In this document: positions 25,068 to 32,000 of the stretch, piece by piece
How positions within the stretch are numbered: position 1 is the first letter of the stretch
Layout: each line of letters opens with the position of its first letter
Assembly: GCA_030549845.1 (NCBI GenBank)
Contig: JAUQQN010000001.1
Span: 120,001 to 152,000, forward strand
DNA from: Patescibacteria group bacterium
GTDB taxonomy: Bacteria; Patescibacteriota; Minisyncoccia; UBA6257; HR35
Direction of reading: 5' to 3'
DNA: 32,000 nt
Program-made: the position numbers and the translations under genes
Notes under the pieces: model-generated
What the model saw: only the letters and a program-made list of their open reading frames with translations
Databases searched by the model: none
Told to the model about the DNA's origin: nothing

Positions 25068-25816
25068 TGAACTATAATAAGTTTACTTGAATTAAAATCA
25101 GCCAAAGGGGTTACATATAGTTTTTGCGTATTTCCTAAGTTCTCTATTTTAAAAATTTCTCCTATCAAAAACCCTTTAGGGAAAATTTCATCACCACCTG
25201 TCATTAAAAGATCACCAACTTTTATTTTTAGCTTTGGATCAACAAAATTAACTTCTATATAACCTACGCCTGTGGTTTTTGCAAGTCCTACATTTATTCC
25301 ATCTAAATTATTAACATTAAATTGAATATTAGGATAGTTTAACGAGATTATTTCTAAATACCCTGATTTTAATATTTTTCTTACAAATCCAACAAGCATC
25401 CAATTTTCATCTATTACTATTGAATTTATTTTTACTTCTTTTTGAGAATGAGCATAAATTATCCCAAATTGGCTAGATATTTGCTTTGCTTCAGCTACGT
25501 TAGGATACCTTTCTTTTATTAATTCAAGTGATTTTAGAAAAAGTTTCTCTTGTTCTGCTATTTTAATTTGTGCTAGTTGTTTTAATAAGTTGTAATATTT
25601 TTCCCTATAAGAATCTTCTTGCGTAAAGAAAAGAGAATTTTTTAATTTTTGGAGAACGTTCTTAGAAATATTTTGAAAGTTTAAAAAGAAAATATAACCT
25701 TTTTCATATTCAGAAGCTAGAGCTTTATTGAAATTGGTTAAAAAGATTAAAATAACAAAGAGATAAATAAGTATAAATTTTTTTTCAAAATCCCTCATTT
25801 TTGTAAATTTTACCAA
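25064..25816 (-). CDS. mreC: Rod shape-determining protein MreC
   Basis: 250 aa with TM helix, coiled coil and beta domain (GDLLMTGGDEIFPKGFLIGEI). The track start at 25816 is a TTG. An ATG at 25798 is an alternative. Confidence 0.75.
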   Translation of the reverse strand: MVKFTKMRDFEKKFILIYLFVILIFLTNFNKALASEYEKGYIFFLNFQNISKNVLQKLKNSLFFTQEDSYREKYYNLLKQLAQIKIAEQEKLFLKSLELIKERYPNVAEAKQISSQFGIIYAHSQKEVKINSIVIDENWMLVGFVRKILKSGYLEIISLNYPNIQFNVNNLDGINVGLAKTTGVGYIEVNFVDPKLKIKVGDLLMTGGDEIFPKGFLIGEIFKIENLGNTQKLYVTPLADFNSSKLIIVQ

Positions 25817-25819
25817 AAT

Positions 25820-26827
25820 TTAAATTAAACAAAATTTTTTATAATAATCAAAATTTTCAATAATCCTTCCTAGCCCCAAAACAACTGAGTGTAAAGGATT
25901 TTCTAATAAATTTATATTTGTATTTAAGTTTTTTGCTAAATAATCATCTAACCCTTCTATTAAACTTCCTCCTCCAGTTAGATATATTCCATTATTTACT
26001 ATATCTCCTATTAAATCTGCCGGTGTTGAGTTTAAAATATCTTTTATTTCGTCGACCAGATCTTCTAAATTTTGCTGAATTGCCTCTCTTAAATCTTGAC
26101 TTGATACAACAACTTCTTTAGGTAAAGTTGTGATAGCATCTCTTCCTCTTAAAGTATAAAAATTATTTTTACCCACTATGGAACCTATTGCTTTTTTAGC
26201 TTCTTCAATTTGACTTTCACCTACAATTAAGTTATATTTAACCCTTACATAATTTAAAAAGCTTTGATTAAACCTATCGCCTGCTATTTTTATACTCTTT
26301 CCAATAACTATTCCTCCTAATGAAATTACCGCTATTTCTGTTGTACCTCCACCGATATCTATTATCATCAAGCCTTTAGCTTCATCAACCTTTAAATTCC
26401 CTCCTAATGCTGCTGCTATTGGTTGTTCAATTAAATGGACTTTTTTAAAACCAACAGAAAGCCCAGCTTCTACTACGCTCCTTATTTGAACCTCTGTTAA
26501 ATTTAGTGGTATTCCTATCAAAACAATAGGCCTGAATAGTTGAAAATATTCCTTTTGTAATATTTCAAAAATTTTTCCTAAATATGCTTGAGTGGCTTCA
26601 AAATCCGTAATAACTCCAAAATTTATTGGTTTCACTACCGAAATGTTTTGTGGAGCTCTCCCCATCATTTTTTTTGCTATCTCACCAATTGCAATAATAC
26701 TCTGACTTCTTTTATCAAATGCAATAATTGAAGGTTCTTCAAAAATTATTCCCTTATTTTTCAAATAAACTAATGTATTGGATGTTCCAAGGTCTATACC
26801 TAAATGAAGTTGAAATGTTATTTTCAT
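25820..26827 (-). CDS. mreB: Rod shape-determining protein MreB (actin-like ATPase)
   Basis: 335 aa. Motifs GIDLGTSNTLVY, MIIDIGGGTTEIAVISLGG and GIYLTGGGSLIEGLD. Confidence 0.92.
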   Translation of the reverse strand: MKITFQLHLGIDLGTSNTLVYLKNKGIIFEEPSIIAFDKRSQSIIAIGEIAKKMMGRAPQNISVVKPINFGVITDFEATQAYLGKIFEILQKEYFQLFRPIVLIGIPLNLTEVQIRSVVEAGLSVGFKKVHLIEQPIAAALGGNLKVDEAKGLMIIDIGGGTTEIAVISLGGIVIGKSIKIAGDRFNQSFLNYVRVKYNLIVGESQIEEAKKAIGSIVGKNNFYTLRGRDAITTLPKEVVVSSQDLREAIQQNLEDLVDEIKDILNSTPADLIGDIVNNGIYLTGGGSLIEGLDDYLAKNLNTNINLLENPLHSVVLGLGRIIENFDYYKKFCLI

Positions 26828-28068
26828 TTCTTTATTAATTTTAATAATTGTTCAATTGTAATTTGTTTATAATTTTTCTCTTTTCTATGCTTAAACTCAA
26901 ATTTTTTGTTTTTCAGATAATTTTCGCCAATTACAATTCTATATGGAATCCCTATTAAATCACTTTCAGCAAATTTTTCTCCGGCACTTATGTTTCTATC
27001 ATCAAAAAGTACTTCTATATTTTCATTTAATAATTTAAAATAAATTTCTTTTGCATATTTCTCTAATTTTTCATTTTTCTTTTTATCTTTCCCTAAAATT
27101 AAAATTATATGTATTTTAAATGGAGCTACTTCTTCTGGCCATATTATACCTTTTTCATCATTATATACTTCTACTATAGCTCCCATAAGTCTTGTAACTC
27201 CTATACCATAGCAACCTGCATGAACTAATTTTGCTTTATTATCTCTATCGATATAGTAAACATCGAAGGCCTCAGAAAATTTTGTACCTAAATTGAAAGT
27301 ATTGCCTACTTCTATCGCTTTTAGTTCTTCTAATTCTTTTTTACAGTTTTTACAATTTTTTGAAGTTAGGATTTCTTTATTCCAAGCTATTTTACATCTT
27401 TTGCAATAATAAATTATATCTTCGCCAGCAGGAGTTGGAACTTGAAATTCTGTAGAATAGGTTGAAAATGTTCCACCTGATGCATAAGTTTCAATAGCTC
27501 TTAACCCACATCTTTTGAAAATCTTTAGATAAGTTTTATCCACCAATTTTTTAAATTTCTCTACTTCCTCATTATTTCTATGAAAAGAATAGAGATCTTT
27601 CATGATAAACTCTCTATTTCTTAAAAGACCTGACTTTGCTCTTAATTCATCTCTGTACTTTGTATGTATTTGGTATAAAGCTATAGGCAAATCTTTATAA
27701 GAATTTATAAGTTTTTTTGCTAAAGGGAAAATTATTTCTTCATGTGTCGGAGCTAAAGAATATTCTGAGCCTGTTTGACTTTTAGTTTTAAATAAAACAT
27801 CAAATTTCTCCCATCTTCCTGTTTTTTCCCAATATTCTTTGGGATGCAAATTTGTAAGCAAAAGCTCTTGACAGCCAATTTTATTAAGCTCTTCTCTTAT
27901 TATATTTTCAATTTTATCAATAACTCTTAAACCTAAAGGTAAAAAATTATATATTCCTGAAGAAACCTTTTCTATAAATCCTGCCCTTATCAAAAGTTTA
28001 GCATTCCTTGATTCTTCATCAGATGGCTCTTCTTTATAAGTTTTATAAATAAATTTTGATTGCAACAT
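26824..28068 (-). CDS. proS: Proline--tRNA ligase, short form lacking the INS editing domain
   Basis: 414 aa. N-terminus KLLIRAGFIEKVSSGIYNFLPLG, motif 2 region REFIMKDLYSFH, TEFQV...IEVGNTFNLGTKFSEAF, and a C-terminal anticodon-binding domain. A CxxC-X13-CxxC segment sits where INS normally is. Confidence 0.85.
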   Translation of the reverse strand: MLQSKFIYKTYKEEPSDEESRNAKLLIRAGFIEKVSSGIYNFLPLGLRVIDKIENIIREELNKIGCQELLLTNLHPKEYWEKTGRWEKFDVLFKTKSQTGSEYSLAPTHEEIIFPLAKKLINSYKDLPIALYQIHTKYRDELRAKSGLLRNREFIMKDLYSFHRNNEEVEKFKKLVDKTYLKIFKRCGLRAIETYASGGTFSTYSTEFQVPTPAGEDIIYYCKRCKIAWNKEILTSKNCKNCKKELEELKAIEVGNTFNLGTKFSEAFDVYYIDRDNKAKLVHAGCYGIGVTRLMGAIVEVYNDEKGIIWPEEVAPFKIHIILILGKDKKKNEKLEKYAKEIYFKLLNENIEVLFDDRNISAGEKFAESDLIGIPYRIVIGENYLKNKKFEFKHRKEKNYKQITIEQLLKLIKK

Positions 28069-28170
28069 TAAAAAATTATAAAAATTAGGAAAAGAAAAAG
28101 CAATATTGAGTTAAAAGATTAATAGCGAAAAAGAGTAGCAAATCTTCTTCTTATTAAAGTTATAAAAAGA

Positions 28171-29460
28171 TTAATCTCTAAAAACAAATTCCAAAATTTC
28201 GTTCTGGCCTGGATCTGGACACCAATTAAGGGAATAAATACCTACTTCATTATCACCAACTGCTCTTCCATCAGAATAAACTCCATCAGTAATATAGTTA
28301 CAATTAAATGGCCATGCTAAATGCTCTATAGTGCCATTATTATCTGTACCTCTGCTTGCTGTGCCGCCCTCCTTCCCACTAATCCAATTACCTGTTGCCG
28401 GGTTATATTTAATGTGAGGTATGATAGCTGCTTTATTAAACGAGCCTTTCCATATTTCATAATGACTTACTGTACAACCATCTTCATCGCCACAAAGTTC
28501 ATGAAAGGCTGACATATCAAGTGGAATCGTAGTTTTAGTAAGTAATTTATGTCTTCTTACATAACTTACTAATTTATTATTAACATATTTGTAGATATCT
28601 TCAGCTCCTTCAATTTTTTTAGTGTTTTTTGTAAGATTACTTGGAAGACTAGGAACAGTAAATACTTGGTCAGGGTTAGTATTTGGATCAGCTAAAGGAA
28701 CATCTACTTGCATCCACCAATTTCTGTTACAGCCATAGTTATTCCCTAAAAATTGTCTTCCGGTTAACCTCACGTCATTAGGTGTATTCCTATAAATTGC
28801 CCAAGGAAGGCCTAACCTACCTCCACCTCCATATCCTTTGCCTCCTGTTGCTCCAGTTATTACTACTGGTTCATCTTGAGCTACTTTGTCCCAATCCCAC
28901 TCTATTATTAAGAAACTTTTAGTATCATCAAAGTAATAAGGTCCGCAGCTCCATTCTCCACCACACCTAAAATTAATATACCAATTTCCTCCCTCGCTAT
29001 TGTCTAAATCAATATGAAAGCCAGACCCTCCTCCATTTAAATTAGTAAATCTTATCTGCCCTTTATTTCCTACTTTTTTATAAATATATAACCCAAACTC
29101 CTCGGCACATATAGGGCCATTAACATTGAATATAGCTCTATTTAAACCTCTCACAACAGTGTAATTTCCTCCACCTGATTTTTGACTATCTACATACTCT
29201 TTTGTTGCAACTTGTTCTGGCGGTGAGTTTTCAGAAGGAGTTTGAGTAAAAAGAGGAGCTAGTTCAAATTGATTAGTTCTACCAGCAATTTTTTTCAAAA
29301 ACTTAAATCCTTCGTTTGCTGTTTTAAATACTGTGTATTTTTGTTGGGTTTGTTGTGCTTTGATTTGAGGAAGTGGGATTGTTAATATAAGTAGGGTTAA
29401 GAAAGAAAGTAAGATTCCTGTAAAGATTCCTATAAGTATTTGCTTTTTATTGTTTTGCAT
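28171..29460 (-). CDS. Membrane-anchored, Cys/Trp/Gly-rich extracellular protein of unknown function
   Basis: 429-aa ORF. N-terminal anchor ILIGIFTGILLSFLTLLILTI, 8 Cys, many Trp/Gly/Asn, and a VATKEYVD motif. The DNA is visibly GC-richer than its flanks. Confidence 0.6.
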   Translation of the reverse strand: MQNNKKQILIGIFTGILLSFLTLLILTIPLPQIKAQQTQQKYTVFKTANEGFKFLKKIAGRTNQFELAPLFTQTPSENSPPEQVATKEYVDSQKSGGGNYTVVRGLNRAIFNVNGPICAEEFGLYIYKKVGNKGQIRFTNLNGGGSGFHIDLDNSEGGNWYINFRCGGEWSCGPYYFDDTKSFLIIEWDWDKVAQDEPVVITGATGGKGYGGGGRLGLPWAIYRNTPNDVRLTGRQFLGNNYGCNRNWWMQVDVPLADPNTNPDQVFTVPSLPSNLTKNTKKIEGAEDIYKYVNNKLVSYVRRHKLLTKTTIPLDMSAFHELCGDEDGCTVSHYEIWKGSFNKAAIIPHIKYNPATGNWISGKEGGTASRGTDNNGTIEHLAWPFNCNYITDGVYSDGRAVGDNEVGIYSLNWCPDPGQNEILEFVFRD

Positions 29461-29487
29461 GTTTTTGTTATTGGATTAATTTATTAA

Positions 29488-29515
29488 ATTTTAAAATTGA
29501 AATTTTTTATGTCAA
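29488..29515 (-). promoter_or_regulatory. Sigma70-type promoter of the 429-aa surface-protein gene
   Basis: On the minus strand: TTGACA (29515-29510), a 16-nt spacer, TAAAAT (29493-29488), then a 27-nt A-rich segment to the ATG at 29460 (leader of approximately 20 nt) without an SD. A consensus DnaA-box 9-mer TTATCCACA (29531-29523) lies just upstream. Confidence 0.5.
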
Positions 29516-29531
29516 ATAAAATTGTGGATAA

Positions 29532-30140
29532 CTATTTTTTAGTATATTCTACGATTTTATCAATTAATCCATATTCTTTTGCTTCTTCTGCTGATAAATA
29601 AAAATCTCTATCAGTATCTTTTTCTATTTTCTCTAATGGTTGTCCTGTATGTTTTGCTAAAATTTGATTTATTTTTGATTTTATTTTTAATATTTGCCTT
29701 GCTGTAATTTCAATCTCAACTGCTTGACCTGCTGCTTCTCCCATTACTTGATGAAGTAAGATTTCTGTATTAGGAAGAGCCATTCTTTTTCCTTTTGTCC
29801 CTGCTGCAAGTAAAATTGCAGCCGCAGATGCTACCATTCCAAGCCCAATAGTTACAACATCAGGTTTTACAAATTGCATAGTATCATAAATAGCTAATGC
29901 TGAAGTTACAACTCCTCCTGGAGAATTTATATAAAAATAAATATCTTTTTCTGGATCTTCATGTTCTAAAAATAAAAATTGAGCAATAATCAAATTTGCA
30001 ACCTGATCTGTAATTGGAGTCCCTAGAATTACTATTCTATCTTTTAACAATCTTGAATAAATATCATAAGCCCTTTCTCCATGTTGAGTTTTTTCTATTA
30101 CATAAGGAATAAGTTGCATGTGTTTTTCAATCTCTTTCAT
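29532..30140 (-). CDS. clpP: ATP-dependent Clp protease proteolytic subunit
   Basis: 202 aa. [19 protein letters not shown], and Ser/His/Asp contexts [16 protein letters not shown] and [13 protein letters not shown]. Confidence 0.93.
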   Translation of the reverse strand: MKEIEKHMQLIPYVIEKTQHGERAYDIYSRLLKDRIVILGTPITDQVANLIIAQFLFLEHEDPEKDIYFYINSPGGVVTSALAIYDTMQFVKPDVVTIGLGMVASAAAILLAAGTKGKRMALPNTEILLHQVMGEAAGQAVEIEITARQILKIKSKINQILAKHTGQPLEKIEKDTDRDFYLSAEEAKEYGLIDKIVEYTKK

Positions 30141-30150
30141 TTTAAATTTA

Positions 30151-30723
30151 TTATAATATTTTTCTATTTAATATCCAAATCATAAAAACAAAAAGAATTA
30201 TTGTCCTATAATGGATACCTAAAGGAGAGAGATATAAAACCCAAAAAATTTCTAAAGAAAAAATTGTTTTTAATAATGAATTAAGTAGGTTTTCTTTAAA
30301 CCCAAGAAACATTATCAAAAATACAATCAAAGGGAACAAAATTGAGATAAGAAATAGTGTAAAAAACTGAAAAAGATTGTTAGAAATAAAAACAAAAAGG
30401 AGTAGATTTAAAACCCAACCTAATTTGCTATTTTTTATAAAAAGAAAATAATAAAAAGGCCAAATTAAAGTAAGATAAATTTGATTTAAATCTAAAATAT
30501 AACTAAGTAAAATAAGGAAAGATGGGGTCAAAATTGAAGATAAGAAAATTTCTGGTCCCCTAAGATAATAAAAATTGAAAAAAATTAAAAAAATAAAAAG
30601 TACAAAAGAAAAATATGGGTTTTTTAAACTTAAATAAAAAAATAATGTAGTAGACGCTAAGGCTAAAATTAAAAGTAGATTATTAAATATCGAGCTCTTT
30701 AGCCTGCTTAGCATAAGTTTCAA
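30151..30723 (-). CDS. Hypothetical polytopic membrane protein
   Basis: 190-aa ORF, extremely hydrophobic (about 6 TM helices), with no recognisable motif. The start is uncertain, since the ORF overlaps the gyrB end by 41 nt. Confidence 0.45.
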   Translation of the reverse strand: MKLMLSRLKSSIFNNLLLILALASTTLFFYLSLKNPYFSFVLFIFLIFFNFYYLRGPEIFLSSILTPSFLILLSYILDLNQIYLTLIWPFYYFLFIKNSKLGWVLNLLLFVFISNNLFQFFTLFLISILFPLIVFLIMFLGFKENLLNSLLKTIFSLEIFWVLYLSPLGIHYRTIILFVFMIWILNRKIL

Positions 30724-32000
30724 TAAATTTTCTTCGTGGTTCGACCTCTGTGCCCATTAAAATTGTAAATAATTCATCAGCTTTTTCTGCATCTTTTATA
30801 GTTACTTTTCTTAGAATCCTTGTTTCTGGGTTCATGGTAGTAGCCCACAATTCTTCGGGATTCATTTCACCTAATCCTTTATATCTCTGCACATCAATAT
30901 TGATATTTCTCCTTTTTGTTTGAATTTCCTTTATTAATTTATCTTTTTCTTCATCTGAATAAGCATAATAAATTTCTTTGCCTGCTTGAATCTTGTAAAG
31001 AGGAGGATGAGCTATGTAAATATATCCTTTTTCTACTAAAGGCTTAAAGTACCTATAAAACAATGTTAAAAGTAAAGTTCTTATGTGATGGCCATCAGAA
31101 TCAGCATCAGTAGCTATTATTATTTTTGAATACCTTAAATTATCAATATTAAAATCTTTTCCTATCCCTGTTCCTAAAGTTATTATTAAATCTTTGATTT
31201 CTTTCGATTTTAAAATTTTATTTAAGCTTGCCTTTTCAACATTTAAAATTTTACCCCTAAGAGGAAATACTGCTTGAAAAATTCTATCTCTTCCCTGTTT
31301 TGCACTTCCCCCAGCACTATCTCCTTCTACAATAAAGAGCTCTCTTTTGGAAAAATCTTTTGTAGAACAATCAGCTAATTTGCTTGCTAAAATTAATGAA
31401 CTTGAAATTCTTTTTTTCAAAACTGCTTCTTTTGCACTCTTTTCTGCTTCTCTTACTTCTAAATTAACGGAAAGTCTATTTAAAATATTTTTTGCTTCAT
31501 CTGGATTTTTGCCAAAATACTCTTTCAAAAAATTATATGTTTTAGATTCTACAAAACTTTTAACCTCAGGATTTCCTAATTTACTTTTTGTTTGACCCTC
31601 AAATTGCGGTTCAGGAATTTTCAAAGAAATTATTGAATATAATCCTCCTTTTATATCTTCAGTGATTAGATTTTTATTGTTTTTAAGAATATTTAATTCT
31701 TTACCAACTTCATTAAAAACCCTAACTAAAGCATTTCTAAAACCTACAAGATGAGTACCGCCTTCTGGATTTAATATATTGTTTGTAAATGCTAATTCTT
31801 TTGTTTCTTGGTTTTCTATGTAATTAAAGCAAAATTCAAATTCTTTATCTTCTTCGTTAATCTTTCCATATATATGATGAAAATTAATTAAGTTTTTATT
31901 TTTGGTTAAGTGATTTAAAAAACTTATAATTCCTCCTTCGAAATAAAAGCTATAACAAAAATCATCTCTTTCATCATAAAAATTTATCCTTAATTTTGGA
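30683..32000 (-). CDS. gyrB: DNA gyrase subunit B (C-terminal about 440 aa; N-terminus beyond the window)
   Basis: The track start at 31624 is an internal TTG, and the frame stays open upstream (...NNKNLITEDIKGGLYSIISLKIPEPQFEGQTKSKLGN). Toprim motifs ELFIVEGDSAGGSAKQGRDR and IIIATDADSDGHHI are present, with C-terminal KGLGEMNPEELW. Confidence 0.9.
   Translation of the reverse strand, partial: PKLRINFYDERDDFCYSFYFEGGIISFLNHLTKNKNLINFHHIYGKINEEDKEFEFCFNYIENQETKELAFTNNILNPEGGTHLVGFRNALVRVFNEVGKELNILKNNKNLITEDIKGGLYSIISLKIPEPQFEGQTKSKLGNPEVKSFVESKTYNFLKEYFGKNPDEAKNILNRLSVNLEVREAEKSAKEAVLKKRISSSLILASKLADCSTKDFSKRELFIVEGDSAGGSAKQGRDRIFQAVFPLRGKILNVEKASLNKILKSKEIKDLIITLGTGIGKDFNIDNLRYSKIIIATDADSDGHHIRTLLLTLFYRYFKPLVEKGYIYIAHPPLYKIQAGKEIYYAYSDEEKDKLIKEIQTKRRNINIDVQRYKGLGEMNPEELWATTMNPETRILRKVTIKDAEKADELFTILMGTEVEPRRKFIETYAKQAKELDI

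Noticed and set aside
29523-29531. A perfect DnaA-box TTATCCACA (minus strand) next to clpP, together with the idea that the long AT-rich gap 9924-10593 is oriC.
   Set aside because: Only one consensus box is present. The long gap contains at best 2-mismatch variants (for example CTATCCAAA and TTATCCAAT), and no dnaA or dnaN is nearby. A single 9-mer in 64 kb of two-strand sequence is not significant. I kept it only as a note under the surface-protein promoter.
1-32000. Alternative genetic code (UGA recoded as Gly, as in Gracilibacteria/Absconditabacteria), CRISPR arrays, and mobile elements.
   Set aside because: Long conserved genes are intact under the standard code and TGA terminates ORFs (for example at 224-226). 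No direct-repeat/spacer array was seen. No transposase, integrase or inverted terminal repeats were seen.

Overview
This is a very AT-rich, gene-dense bacterial chromosome segment. The gene content and protein style look like a reduced-genome Candidate Phyla Radiation (Patescibacteria)-type organism. The standard code applies, since TGA is used as a stop. About 33 protein genes are present, mostly on the minus strand. They include gyrA, a partial gyrB, ftsH, an S1-domain protein, gatA, htrA, the mrdA-mreD-mreC-mreB block, proS, clpP, an M50 site-2 protease, an MscS channel, a beta-CASP MBL nuclease, a SAM methyltransferase, DUF763 and a sigma-region-4/HARE-HTH protein. Two tRNAs are present, Thr-UGU and Gly-UCC. 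A 53-aa rpmG (L33) gene is missing from the ORF track. I saw no rRNA, CRISPR array, transposase or integrase. Four things deserve a second look. (1) Four short GC/C-rich units are bracketed by a -10 box and an intrinsic terminator. They share sequence signatures (TATAAT-NN-AAGTAG, a 17/20-nt common motif, near-identical terminator arms), and one has a loop made of five 8-nt-periodic G4/C4 tracts. They look like a small-RNA family. (2) The expression architecture appears leaderless. TATAAT boxes sit 6-12 nt from many start codons, SD sequences are rare, one 22-bp divergent gap carries a palindromic shared -10, and two CCA-less tRNAs abut the next ATG (0 and 3 nt). (3) An uncharacterised membrane/coiled-coil operon (6252-8800) and an orphan helical protein (9195-9923) are flanked by unusually long non-coding gaps. 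(4) A Cys/Trp/Gly-rich, membrane-anchored surface protein with visibly higher GC has its own promoter, between proS and clpP. All functional calls come from reading motifs by eye. No database search was run.
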